A DNA stretch of 64,000 bases from Balanoglossus misakiensis (Eukaryota; Animalia; Hemichordata). Below the pieces are notes generated by a model that did not search any database, was not told the DNA's origin, and saw only the letters and a list, made by a program, of their open reading frames with translations. The stretch is from positions 11,421,398 through 11,485,397 of the forward strand of contig CM082588.2 in NCBI GenBank assembly GCA_040954595.2, given 5' to 3'. Below are positions 1-13,555 of the stretch, one piece after another. Both the position numbers and the translations under genes were made by a program. The first letter of the stretch is position 1. The number at the start of each line of letters is the position of its first letter.

Positions 1-85
1 TTTCAAAAACTTCTGTACTTGAACATTTTGTTTTCTTTTGAGATGTAGAGATGTTTTGTCTAGTTTATGACAATAAAAAAAATAA
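1..85 (+). mobile_element. 3' end and A-rich tail of a Tx1/L1-like LINE (second copy of 62033-62116)
   Basis: Near-identical to 62033-62116, which follows the C-terminal coding part of the Tx1-like ORF2; ends in CAATAAAAAAAAATAA. Confidence 0.75.
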
Positions 86-901
86 TCCAAACCTAAAAAG
101 TTGTCAAAAATTTGCTTCACAAAAAGAAAAATCACAATAGTTGCTTTGTCTTTGGGGTGAATATTTTCAAAATTGCCGAAGAAAATAATTTAAAAATCAT
201 ATAATTAAATAATCAAAAATTAATTTTACTCCCCGTAAAGAGCAGTGTCTAAGCTTTCTAAAAATATAAGGTTTATGTACTTTGAAGTTAACTTTATTGT
301 TGTAGGAGAGGATATAGTACCCCCTACCCCAAGACCATGCGTAATCCCATAGGATACATGCATTTCAAAGTTGTCTCTAAAGAAGTATTGTATTGTTATA
401 TAACTAATGTTAACATTTGTTTTCTTGTTTAATAAATAGAAGTCAATAATCCAAACCCCCAAAAGATGTCAAAAATTTGCTTCACAAAAAGAAAATCACA
501 ATTGTTGCGTTGTCTTTGGGGTGAATATTTTCAAAATTGCCGAAAAAATTAATTTAAAAATCATCTAATTAAATATTCATAAATATTGTTTAATAAAGTT
601 TGTGCTTCCCGTAAAGAGCAGTATCTAAGCTTTCTAAAAATATAAGGTTTATGTAATTTCATGGTAGTTTTATTTTTTAGGAGAGAATATAGTACCCCCT
701 ACCCCAACCCATTTTTCGCCATTTTGAGCGGCACATACCATTTAAAAACCACCCCGGAGGGGTAGTGCAACCCAAAATATTCAATGTTAACATCTTTTTT
801 TCTTGTTCAGCACGTTCTAAAGAACAAAAAAATACCCAAGTGGTAGGTTTATGGTGGGGGGGGGGGGGGGTGCTCGGTGGACCCCTCCAGCCCACGGACT
901 A
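86..901. mobile_element. Right inverted arm of a second copy of the foldback (Academ-like) element
   Basis: Matches 62117-63317 minus one ~375-bp internal unit; ends ...GCCCACGGACTA followed by TCT and satellite sequence, exactly as at 63317. Confidence 0.85.
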
Positions 902-1785
902 TCTGCATTTTTGGAGTGGTCGAAAGTTTTAACATACAATCAACATGTCATATATGATCAGGGCACCAAATTCGAAGAACAAACGTTTTTTTAGTTTTTT
1001 TTTCTAAAAATGACATTTTCAAGGAAAATTTGGTAAAACGCAATTTTGTCAGCAGTGAGCCAAATTAGACGGTCTTTTGTGGAATTTGTATCGATATATA
1101 CATACGAAGAGCATTCTATACTCCATCAGATTTCGGAAAATGTAGAAAACAGGTATTTTTTGTAATTTTCAAAAATTTACCATTTCGACCTAATTGTTAT
1201 TTTCGTGTTGAATGCCGCCAGTGTCACTGCTTTTAAAAGTCATAAAAACTTTTAACATACAAGCAATTCTTTATATATGATCAGGTCACCGAATTAAAAA
1301 AATAAAGAATGTTTTGCCTAAAAATGACCTTTTTGGTGTAAAAACGAATAAAACGCAATTTTGTATTAAATCAGCTCATTCAGAGTGCATTTTTTATAAT
1401 CAGCACCAATTTTACATATAATGGAAATTTCATACATCATCAGATATCCAAATATGAAAAAATTATTTAGATTTTAGATGATTGTCCAAAATTAGCTGAT
1501 ATCTAATAAATGTAGTAATGAACTGTTCCGTTTCCCCCCCCCCCCTCCCTTACATTATATGCGGTACACCGATTTCAGCTTACCCGGCAGTACTGCAGGC
1601 CGTGCCCCCAACTAACGTCGGTGTTTGAAACGCCCTGGTTAAATTCTGGCTTTCTCTATAAATTGACAGGCAATAATGCAGTCCTACCCGAACAAATGTC
1701 GAGTGTTGACCCGCTGTGACTTTCCCTCTTCGGTTTGCCCGACTTAGCCATCGTCTTTGTACTAGAGTGTCCGGTCTTTTGCAGA

Positions 1786-2625
1786 GCCAGGCCGAAGGAA
1801 ATCCGACTTGATCACCGTTGCTAACGAACGCTAGTGTCTGTCATGGTGTGCCGGGGTTTTAGTCGAGCCAGGCGTAGGAGATCTGACTTGATCATCGTGG
1901 TCAATGTACGCGTGTTTCCGCTCTAAAGTGCCGGGGCTTCAGCTAAACCAGGCCGTAGGAAATCCGACGTAATCACCGTTGATAACTTACGCCAGTCTGT
2001 GTCATATAGAGCCGGTGCACCAGCTGAGTCACGTCGTAGGAAATCTGACTTGATCAACGTGGTCAATGTACGCCTGTTTCTGCTCTAGAGTGCCGGGGCT
2101 TCAGCTGAGCCAGGCCGTAGGAAACCCGACGTGATTACCGTTGTTAACCTACGCCAGTCTGTGTCCTATATATAGTGCCGGGGCATCAGCCGTGCCAGGC
2201 CGAAGGAAATGTGAGTAGATCAACGTGGTCTCTGTACGCGTGTTTCTGCTCTAGAGTGCCAGGGCTTTAGCCAAGCCATGCCGTAGGAAATCTGACTTGA
2301 TCAACGTTGCTAACGAACGCTAGTGTCTGTCATAGTGTGCCGGGGTTTTAGTCGAGCAAAGCCGTAGGAGATCAGACTTGATCAACGTGGTCTCTGTAGG
2401 CGTGTTTCTGCTCTAGAGTGCCGGGGCTTTATCCAAGCCATGCCGTAGAAAATCTGACTTGATCACCGTTGCTAACGTACGCTAGTGTCTGTCATATTGT
2501 GACGGAGATTTAGCCGAGCCAGGCCGTAGAAAAATCGACTTGTTCAACGTTACCAGTGTGCAACTGTTTCTGCTCTAGAGTGTCAGGGTTTTAGCCGACT
2601 TATGCTGTAGGAAATCTGAGTTGAT
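1786..2625. repeat. 81-bp subrepeat block within the satellite monomer (11 units in monomer 1; two loosely alternating types)
   Basis: CCGTAGGAAATCTGAC-like motif at ~1792, 1872, 1953, 2034, 2115, 2200, 2281, 2362, 2443, 2524, 2605 (mostly 81-bp spacing). Confidence 0.92.
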
Positions 2626-5600
2626 GAACGGGAATTCAATGTTAGAAAACCCGTGTGGAAAGTATCTCTACCCGCTTGAAACTAAGAAAAGAATTTATTC
2701 TTAGTTATTTTGTAAAAAAGACAATTTTTCGAAAAAAAAAGTCGAAAATGGTAATTTTGTCTTGGGTGATTCAAATTATACCGCCTTTTCTGGAATTTGC
2801 AGCACTTTTTACAAGAGAACGACACTTCATGCTCCATAATATTTCCGAAAATGAAGAAAAGAGTTAATTTTTTATGATTTTTTAAAAATTTACCATTTTT
2901 GTCAAAATATGGCCAAAAATGGCTATTTTTTCTTGAATTCCGTCAATATCTCTGCATTTTTGGAGTGGTCGAAAGTTTTAACATACAATCAACATGTCAT
3001 ATATGATCAGGGCACCAAATTCGAAGAACAAAGGTTTTTTTATTTGTTTTTCTAAAAATGACATTTTCAAGGAAAATTTGGTAAAACGCAATTTTGTCTG
3101 CAGTGAGCCAAATTAGACGGTCTTTTGTGGAATTTGTATCGATATATACATACGAAGAGCATTCTATACTCCATCAGATTTCCGAAAATGTAGAAAACAG
3201 GTTTTTTTGTAATTTTCAAAAATTTACCATTTTGACCAAATTGTGGCTAAAATTGTTATTTTCGTGTTGAATGCCGCCAGTGTCACAGCTTTTAAAAGTC
3301 ATAAAAACTTTTAACATACAAGCAATTGTTTATATATGATCAGGTCAACGAATTAAAAAAATAAAGAATGTTTTGCCTAAAAATGACCTTTTTGGTGTAA
3401 AAACGAATAAAACGCAATTTTTTATTAAATCAGCTCATTCAGAGTGCATTTTTATAATCAGCACCATTTTTACGTATAATGGAAATTTCATACATCATCA
3501 GATATCCAAATATGAAAAAATGAATTAGATATATTTAAGATGATTATCCAAAATTAGCTGATATCTGATAAATGTAGTATTGAACCGTTCTGTTTCCCCC
3601 CCCCCTACATTACATGCGGTACGCCGATGTCAGCTTACCCGGCAGTACTGCAGGCCGTGCCCCCAACTAACGTCGGTGTTTGAAACGCCCTGGTTAAATT
3701 CGAGCTTTCTCTATAAATTGACAGGCAATAATGCAGTCCTACCCGAACAAATGTCGAGTGTTGACCCGCTGTGACTTTCCCTCTTCGGTTTGCCCGACTT
3801 AGCCAACGTCTTTGTACTAATGTGTCGGGTCTTTTGCAGAGCCAGGCCGAAGGAAATCCAACTTGATCACCGTTGCTAACGAACGCTAGTGTCTGTCATG
3901 GTGTGCCGGGGTTTTAGTCGAGCCAGGCCGTAGGAGATCTGACTTGATCATCGTGGTCAATGTACGCGTGTTTTCGCTCTAAAGTGCCGGGGCTTCAGCT
4001 AAACCAGGCCGTAGGAAATCCGACGTAATCACCGTTGATAACTTATGCCAGTCTGTGTCATATAGAGCCGGTGCACCAGCCGAGTCACGCCGTAGGAAAT
4101 CTTACTTGATCAACGTGGTCAATGTTAGCCTGTTTCTGCTCTAGAGTGCCGGGGCTTCAGCTGAGCCAGGCCGTAGGAAACCCGACGTGATTACCGTTGT
4201 TAACTTACGCCAGTCTGTGTCCTATATATAGTGCCGGGGCATCAGCCGTGCCAGGCCGAAGGAAATGTGAGTAGATCAACGTGGTCTCTGTACGCGTGTT
4301 TCTGCTCTAGAGTGCTAGGGCTTTAGCCAAGCCATGCCGTAGGAAATCTGACTTGATCACCGTTGCTAACGAACGCTAGTGTCTGTCATGGTGTTCCGGG
4401 GTTTTAGTCGAGCCAGGCCGTAGGAGATCTGACTTGATCAACGTGGTCTCTGTACGCGTGTTTCTGCTCTAGAGTGCCGGGGCTTTATCCAAGCCATGCC
4501 GTAGAAAATCTGACTTGATCACCGTTGCTAACGTACGCTAGTGTCTGTCATATTGTGACGGAGATTTAGCCGAGCCAGGCCGTAGAAAAATTGACTTGTT
4601 CAACGTTACCAGTGTGCAACTGTTTCTGCTCTAGAGTGTCAGGGTTTTAGCCGACTTATGCTGTAGGAAATCTGAGTTGATGAACGGGAATTCAATGTTA
4701 GAAAACCTGTGTGGAAAGTATCTCTACCCGTTTGAAACTAAGAAAATAATTTATTCTTATTTATTTTGTAAAAAAGACAATTTTTCGAAAAAAGTCGAAA
4801 ATGGTAATTTTGTCTTGGGTGATTCAAATTATACCGCCTTTTCTGGAATTTGCAGCACTTTTTACAAGAGAACGACAATTCATGCTCCATAATATTTCCG
4901 AAAATGAAGAAAAGAGTTAATTGTTTATGATTTCTCTAAAATTTACCATTTTTGTCAAAATATGGCCAAAATGGCTATTTTTTCTTGAATTCCGTCAATA
5001 TCTCTGCATTTTTGGAGTGGTCGAAAGTTTTAACATACAATCAACATGTCATATATGATTAGGGCACCAAATTCGAAGAACAAAGGTTTTTTTATTTTTT
5101 TTCTAAAAATGACATTTTTAAGGAAAATTGAGTAAAACGCAATTTTGTCTGCAGTGAGCCAAATTAGACGGTCTTTTGTGGAATTTGTATCGATATATAC
5201 ATACGAAGAGCATTCTATACTCCATCAGATTTCCGAAAATGTAGAAAACAGGTATTTTTTGTAATTTTCAAAAATTTACCATTTTGACCAAATTGTGGCT
5301 AAAATTGTTATTTTCGTGTTGAATGCCGCCAGTGTCACTGCTTTTAAAAGTCATAAAAACTTTTAACATACAAGCAATTGTTTATATATGATCAGGTCAC
5401 CGAATTAAAAAAAATAAAGAATGTTTTGCCTAAAAATGACCTTTTTGGTGCAAAAACGAATAAAACGCAATTTTTTATTAAATCAGCTCATTCAGAGTGC
5501 ATTTTTTATAATCAGCACCATGTTTACAAATAATGGAAATTTCATACATCATCAGATATCCAAATATGAAAAAATGAATTAGATATATTTAAGATGATTA

Positions 5601-8600
5601 TCCAAAATTAGCTGATATCTGATAAATGTAGTATTGAACCGTTCTGTTTCCCCCCCCCTACATTACATGCGGTACGCCGATGTCAGCTTACCCGGCAGTA
5701 CTGCAGGCCGTGCCCCCAACTAACGTCGGTGTTTGAAACGCCCTGGTTAAATTCGGGCTTTCTCTATAAATTGACAGGCAATAATGCAGTCCTACCGGAA
5801 CAAATGTCGAGTGTTGACCCGCTGTGACTTTCCCTCTTCGGTTTGCCCGACTTAGCCAACGTCTTTGTACTAGAGTGTCGGGTCTTTTGGAGAGCCAGGC
5901 CGAGGGAAATCCGACTTGATCACCGTTGCTAACGAACGCTAGTGTCTGTCATGGTGTGCCGGGGTTTTAGTCGAGCCAGGCCGTAGGAAATCCGACGTAA
6001 TCACCGTTGATAACTTACGCCAGTCTGTGTCATATAGAGCCGGTGCACCAGCCGAGTCACGCCGTAGGAAATCTTACTTGATCAACGTGGTCAATGTACG
6101 CCTGTTTCTGCTCTAGAGTGCCGGGGCTTCAGCTGAGCCAGGCCGTAGGAAACCCGACGTGATTACCGTTGTTAACTTACGCCAGTTTGTGTCCTATATA
6201 TAGTGCCGGGGCATCAGCCGTGCCAGGCCGAAGGAAATGTGAGTAGATCAACGTGGTCTCTGTACGCGTGTTTCTGCTCTAGAGTGCCAGGGCTTTAGCC
6301 AAGCCATGCCGTAGGAAATCTGACTTGGTCACCGTTGCTAACGAACGCTAGTGTCTGTCATAGTGTGCCGGGGTTTTAGTCGAGCCAAGCCGTAGGAGAT
6401 CAGACTTGATCAACGTGGTCTCTGTACGCGTGTTTCTGCTCTAGAGTGCCGGGGCTTTATCCAACCCATGCCGTAGAAAATCTGACTTGATCACCGTTGC
6501 TAACGTACGCTAGTGTCTGTCATATTGTGACGGAGATTTAGCCGAGCCAGGCCGTAGAAAAATCGACTTGTTCAACGTTACCAGTGTGCAACTGTTTCTG
6601 TTCTAGAGTGTCAGGGTTTTAGCCGACTTGTAGGAAATCTGAGTTGATGAACGGGAATTCAATGTTAGAAAACCCGTGTGGAAAGTATCTCTACCCGTTT
6701 GGAACTAAGAAAAGAATTTATTCTTATTTATTTTGTAAAAAAAGACAATTTTTCGAAAAAAAAGTCGAAAAATGGTAATTTTGTCTTGGGTGATTCAAAT
6801 TATACCGCCTTTTCTGGAATTTGCAGCACTTTTTACAAGAGAACGACACTTCATGCTCCATAATATTTCCGAAAATGAAGAAAAGAGTTAATTTTTTATG
6901 ATTTTTCAAAAATGTACCATTTTTATCAAAATATGGCCAAAATGGCTATTTTTTCTTGAATTCCGTCAATATCTCTGCATTTTTGGAGTGGTCGAAAGTT
7001 TTAACATACAATCAACATGTTATATATGATCAGGCACTAAATTCGAAGAACAAAGGTTTTTTATTTTTTTTTCTAAAATGACATTTTCAAGGAAAATTGG
7101 TAAAACGCAATTTTGTCTGCAGTGAGCCAAATTAGACGGTCTTTTGTGGAATTTGTATCGATATATACATACGAAGAGCATTCTATACTCCATCAGATTT
7201 CCGAAAGTGTAGAAAACAGGTATGTTTTGTAATTTTCAAAAATTTACCATTTTGACCAAATTGTGGCTAAAATTGTTATTTTCGTGTTGAATGCCGCCAG
7301 TGTCACTGCTTTTAAAAGTCATAAAAACTTTTAACATACAAGCAATTGTTTATATATGATCAGGTCACCGAATTAAAAAAATAAAGAATGTTTGACTAAA
7401 AATGACCTTTTTGGTGCAAAAACGAATAAAACGCAATTTTGTATTAAATCAGCTCATTCAGACTGCATTTTTATAATCAGCACCATTTTTACATATAATG
7501 GAAATTTCATACATCATCAGATATCCAAATATGAAAAGATGATTTACATTTTAGATGATTGTCCAAAATTAGCTGATATCTAATAAATGTAGTATTGAAC
7601 CGTTCTGTTCCCCCCCCCCCCCTTACATTATATGCGGTACGCCGATGTCAGCTTACCCGGCAGTACTGTAGGCCGTGCCCCCAACAAACGTCGGTGTTTG
7701 AAACGCCCTGGTTAAATTCGGGCTCTCTCTATAAATCGACAGGCAATAATGCAGTCCTACCGGAACAAATGTCAAGTGTTGAACCGCTGTGACTTTCTCT
7801 GTTCGGTTTGCCCGACTTAGCCAACGTCTTTGTACTAGAGTGTCGGGTCTTTTGCAGAGCCAGGCCGAAGGAAATTCAACTTGATCACCGTTGCTAACGA
7901 ACGCTAGTGTCTGTCATGGTGTGCCGGGGTTTTAGTCGAGCCAGGCCGTAGGAGATCTGACTTGATCATCGTGGTCAATGTACGCGTGTTTCCGCTCTAA
8001 AGTGCCGGGACTTCAGCTAAACCAGGCCGTAGGAAATCCGACGTAATCACCGTTGATAACTTACGCCAGTCTGTGTCATATAGAGCCGGTGCACCAGCCG
8101 AGTCACGCCGTAGAAAATCTGACTTGATCAACGTGGTCAATGTACGCCTGTTTCTGCTCTAGAGTGCCGGGGCTTCAGCTGAGCCAGGCCGTAGGAAACC
8201 CGACGTGATTACCGTTGTTAACTTACGCCAGTCTGTGTCCTATATATAGTGCCGGGGCATCAGCCGTGCCAGGCCGAAGGAAATGTGAGTAGATCAACGT
8301 GGTCTCTGTACTCGTGTTTCTGCACTAGAGTGTCAGGGCTTTAGCAAAGCCATGCCGTAGGAAATCTGTCTTGATCAACGTTGCTAACGAACGCTAGTGT
8401 CTGTCATAGTGTGCCGGGGTTTTAGTCGAGCCAAGCCGTAGGAGATCAGACTTGATCAACGTAGTCTCTGTACGCGTGTTTCTTCTCTAGAGTGCCGGGG
8501 CTTCAGCTGAGCCAGGCCGTAGGAAACCCATGCCGTAGAAAATCTGACTTGATCACCGTTGCTAACGTACGCTTGTGTCTGTCATATTGTGACGGAGATT

Positions 8601-11600
8601 TAGTCGAGCCAGGCCGTAGAAAAATCGACTTGTTCAACGTTACCAGTGTGCAACTGTTTCTGCTCTAGAGTGTCAGGGTTTTAGCCGACTTATGCTGTAG
8701 GAAATCTGAGTTGATGAACGGGAATTCAATGTTAGAAAACCCGTGTGGAAAGTATCTCTACCCGTTTGAAACTAAGAAAAGAATTCATTCTTATTTATTT
8801 TGTAAAAAAGACAATTTTTCGAAAAAAAGTCGAAAATGGTAATTTTGTCTTGGGTGATTCAAATTATACCACCTTTTCTGGAATTTGCAGCACTTTTTAC
8901 AAGAGAACGACACTTCATGCTCCATAATATTTCCGAAAATGAAGAAAAGAGTTTATTTTTTATTGATTTTTTAAAAATTTACCATTTTTGTCAAAATATG
9001 GCCAAAATGGCTATTTTTTCTTGAATTCCGTCAATATCTCTGCATTTTTGGAGTGGTCGAAACTTTTAACATACAATCAACATGTCGTTATGATCGGGGC
9101 ACCAAATTCGAAGAACAAAGGTTTTTTTATTTTTTTTTCTAAAAATGACATTTTCAAGGAAAATTTGGTAAAACGCAATTGTGTCTGCAGTGAGCCAAAT
9201 TAGACGGTCTTTTGTGGAATTTGTATCGATATATACATACGAAGAGCATTCTATACTCCATCAGATTTCCGAAAATGTAGAAAACTGGTATTTTTTGTAA
9301 TTTTCAAAATTTTTCCATTTTGACCAAATTGTGCTTAAATTGTTATTTTCGCGTTGAATGCCGCCAGTGTTACTGCTTTTAAAAGTCATGAAAACTTTTA
9401 ACATACAAGCAATTGTTTATATATGATCAGGTCACCGAATTAAAAAAATAAAGAACGTTTTGACTAAAAATGACCTTTTTGGTGCAAAAACGAAGAAAAC
9501 GCAATTTTGTATTAAATCAGCTCATTCAGAGTGCATTTTTTATAATCAGCACCATTTTTACATATAATGGAAATTTCATACATCATCAGATATCCAAATA
9601 TGAAAACATGATTTAGATTTTAGATGATTGTCCAAAATTAGCTGATATCTAATAAATGTAGTATTGAACCGTTCTGTTCCCCCCCCTACATTACATGCGG
9701 TACGCCGATGTCAGCTTACCCGGCAGGACTGCAGGCCGTGCCCCCAACTAACGTCGGTGTTTGAAACGCCCTGGTTAACTTCGGGCTTTCTCTATAAATT
9801 GACAGGCAATAATGCAGTCCTACCCGAACAAATGTCGAGTGTTGACCCGCTGTGACATTCCCTCTTCGGTTTGCCCGACTTAGCCAACGTCTTTGTACTA
9901 GAGTGTCGGGTCTTTTGCAGAGCCAGGCCGAAGGAAATCCGACTTGACCACCGTTGCTAACGAACGCTAGTGACTGTCATGGTGTGCCGGGGTTTTAGTC
10001 GAGCCAGGCCGTAGGAGATCTGACGTGATCATCGTGGTCAATGTACGCGTGTTTCCGCTCTAAAGTGCCGGGGCTTCAGCTAAACCAGGCCGTAGGAAAT
10101 CCGACGTAATCACCGTTGATAACTTACGCCAGTCTGTGTCATATAGAGCCGGTGCACCAGCCGAGTCACGCCGTAGGAAATCTGACTTGATCAACGTGGT
10201 CAATGTACGCGTGTTTCTGCTCTAGAGTGTCGGGGCTTATGCTGAGCCAGGTCGTAGGAAACCCGACGTGATTACCGTTGTTAACTTACGCCAGTCTGTG
10301 TCCTATATATAGTGCCGGGGCATCAGCCGTGCCAGGCCGAAGGAAATGTGAGTAGATCAACGTGGTCTCTGTACGCGTGTTTCTGCTCTAGAGTGCCAGG
10401 GCTTTAGCCAAGCCATGCCGTAGAAAATCTGACTTGATCACCGTTGCTAACGAACGCTAGTGTCTGTCATGGTGTGCCGGGGTTTTAGTCGAGCCAGGCC
10501 GTAGGAGATCTGACTTGATCATCGTGGTCAATGTACGCGTGTTTCCGCTCTAAAGTGCCGGGGCTTTATCCAAGCCATGCCGTAGAAAATCTAACTTGAT
10601 CACCGTTGCTAACGTACGCTAGTGTCTGTCATATTGTGACGGAGATTTAGCCGAGCCAGGCTATAGAAAAATCGACTTGTTCAACGTTACCAGTGTGCAA
10701 CTGTTTCTGCTCTAGAGTGTCAGGGTTTTAGCCGACTTATGCTGTAGGAAATCTGAGTTGATGAACGGGAATTCAATGTTAGAAAACCCGTGTGGAAAGT
10801 ATCTCTACCCGTTTGAAACTAAGAAAAGAATTTATTCTTATTTATTTTGTAAAAAAGACAATTTTTCGAAAAAAAGTCGAAAATGGTAATTTTGTCTTGG
10901 GTGATTCAAATTATACCGCCTTTTCTGGAATTTGCAGCACTTTTTACAAGAGAACGACACTTCATGCTCCATAATATTTCCGAAAATGAAGAAAAGAGTT
11001 AATTTTTTATGATTATTTAAAAATTTACCATTTTTGTCAAAATATGGCCAAAATGGCTATTTTTTCTTGAATTCCGTCAATATCTCTGCATTTTTGGAGT
11101 GGTCGAAAGTTTTAACATACAATCAACATATCATATATGATCAGGGCACCAAATTTGAAGAACAAAGGTTTTTTTCTTTCTTTTTTCTTCTAAAAATGAC
11201 ATTTTCAAGGAAAATTTGGTAAAACGCAATTTTGTCTGCAGTGAGCCAAATTAGACGGTCTTTTGTGGAATTTGTATCGATATATACATACGAAGAGCAT
11301 TCTATACTCCATCAGATTTCCGAAAATGTAGAAAACAGGTATTTTTTGTAATTTTCAAAAATTTACCATTTTGACCAAATTGTGGCTAAAATTGTTATTT
11401 TCGTGTTGAATGCCGCCAGTGTCACTGCTTTTAAAAGTCATAAAAACTTTTAACATACAAGCAATTGTTTATATATGATCAGGTCACCGAATTAAAAAAA
11501 TAAAGAATGTTTTGCCTAAAAATGACCTTTTTGGTGCAAAAATGAATAAAACGCAATTTTGTATTAAATCAGAATGCATTTTTTATAATCAGCACCATGT

Positions 11601-13555
11601 TTACATATAATGGAAATTTCATACATCATCAGATATCCAAATATGAAAAAATGATTTAGATTTTAGATGATTGTCCAAAATTAGCTGATATCTAATAAAT
11701 GTAGTATTGAACCGTTCTGTCCCCCCACCCCTACATTATATGCGGTACGCCGATGTCAGCTTACCCGGCAGTACTGCAGGCCGTGCCCCCAACTAACGTC
11801 GGTGTTTGAAACGCCCTGGTTAAATTCGGGCTTTCTCTATAAATTGACAGGCAATAATGCAGTCCTACCCAAACAAATGTCAAGTGTTGAACCGCTGTGA
11901 CTTTCCCTCTTCAGTTTGCCCGACTTAGCCAACGTCTTTGTACTAGAGTGTCGGGTCTTTTGCAGAGCCAGGCCGAAGGAAATCCGAGTAGATCAACGTG
12001 GTCTCTGTACGCGTGTTTCTGCTCTAGAGTGCCAGGGCTTTAGCCAAGCCATGCCGTAGGAAATCTGACTTGATCAACGTTGCTAACGAACGCTAGTGTC
12101 TGTCATAGTGTGCTGGGGTTTTAGTCGAGCCAAGCCGTAGGATATCAGACTTGATCAACGTGGTCTCTGTACGCTTGTTTCTGCTCTAGAGTGCCGGGGC
12201 TTTATCCAAGCCATGCCGTAGAAAATCTGACTTGATCACCGTTGCTAACGTACGCTAGTGTCTGTCATATTGTGACGGAGATTTAGCCGAGCCAGGCCGT
12301 AGAAAAATCGACTTGTTCAACGTTACCAGTGTGCAACTGTTTCTGCTCTAGAGTGTCAGGGTTTCAGCCGACTTATGCTGTAGGAAATCTGAGTTGATGA
12401 ACGGGAATTCATTGTTAGAAAGCCCGTGTGGAAAGTATCTTTACCCGTTTCAAACTAAGAAAAGAATTTATTCTTATTTATTTTGTAAAAAAGGACAATA
12501 TTTCGAAAAAAAGTCGAAAATGGTAATTTTGTCTTGGGTGATTCAAATTATACCGCCTTTTCTGGAATTTGCAGCACTTTTTACAAGAGAACGACACTTC
12601 ATGCTCCATAATATTTCCGAAAATGAAGAAAGGAGTTAATTTTTTATGATTTTTTAAACATTTACCATTTTTGTCAAAATATGGCCAAAATGGCTATTTT
12701 TTCTTGAATTCCGTCAATATCTCTGCATTTTTGGAGTGGTCGAAAGTTTTAACATACAATCAACATGTCATATATGATCGGGGCACCAAATTCGAAAAAG
12801 AAAGGTTTTTTTATTTTTTTTTCTAAAGATGACATTTTCAAGGAAAATTTGGTAAAACGCAATTTTGTCTGAAGTGAGCCAAATTAGACGGTCTTTTGTG
12901 GAATTTGTAACGATATATATATACGAAGAGCATTCTATACTCCATCAGATTTCCGAAAATGTAGAAAACAGGTATTTTTTGTAATTTTCAAAAATTTACC
13001 ATTTTGACCAAATTGTGGCTAAAATTGTTATTTTCGTGTTGAATGCCGCCAGTGTCACTGCTTTTAAAAGTCATAAAAACTTTTAACAAACAAGCAATTG
13101 TTTATATATGATCAGGTCACCGAATTAAAAAAATAAAGAATGTTTTGCCTAAAAATGACCTTTTTGGTGCAAAAAAGATTAAAACGCAATTTTGTATTAA
13201 ATTGTCCAAAATTAGCTGATATCTAATAAATGTAGTATTGAACCGTTCTATTCCACCCCCCCCCCCTACATTATATGCGGTACGCCGATGTCAGCTTACC
13301 CGGCAGTACTGCAGGCCGTGCCCCCAACTAACGTCGGTGTTTGAAACGCCCTGGTTAAATTCGGGCTTTCTCTAGAAATTGACAGGCAATAATGCAGTCC
13401 TACCCGAACAAATGTCAAGTGTTGAACCGCTGTGACTTTCCCTCTTCGGTTTGCCCGACTTAGCCAACGTCTTTAGCTTCAGCTAAACCAGGCCGTAGGA
13501 AATCCGACGTAATCACCGTTGATAACTTACGCCAGTCTGTGTCATATAGAGCCGG

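Noticed and set aside
1786-2625. 81-bp units as a CRISPR array or a 27-codon protein repeat
   Set aside because: No unique spacers, no cas genes, eukaryotic context; a typical unit has stops in all six frames.
3605-3790. Self-cleaving ribozyme (twister, HDV-like, hammerhead) in the monomer core
   Set aside because: TAATGCAG and some pairings are present, but I could not build the required pseudoknots or find CTGANGA/GAAA cores; a covariance-model search would be the definitive test.
3630-3800. Resemblance to U1 snRNA (CTTACCCGGCAG; GTGTTGACCCGCTGTGACTTTCCC)
   Set aside because: Spacing is much longer than in U1, the stem-loop I and II loop motifs are absent, and no Sm site follows on that strand.
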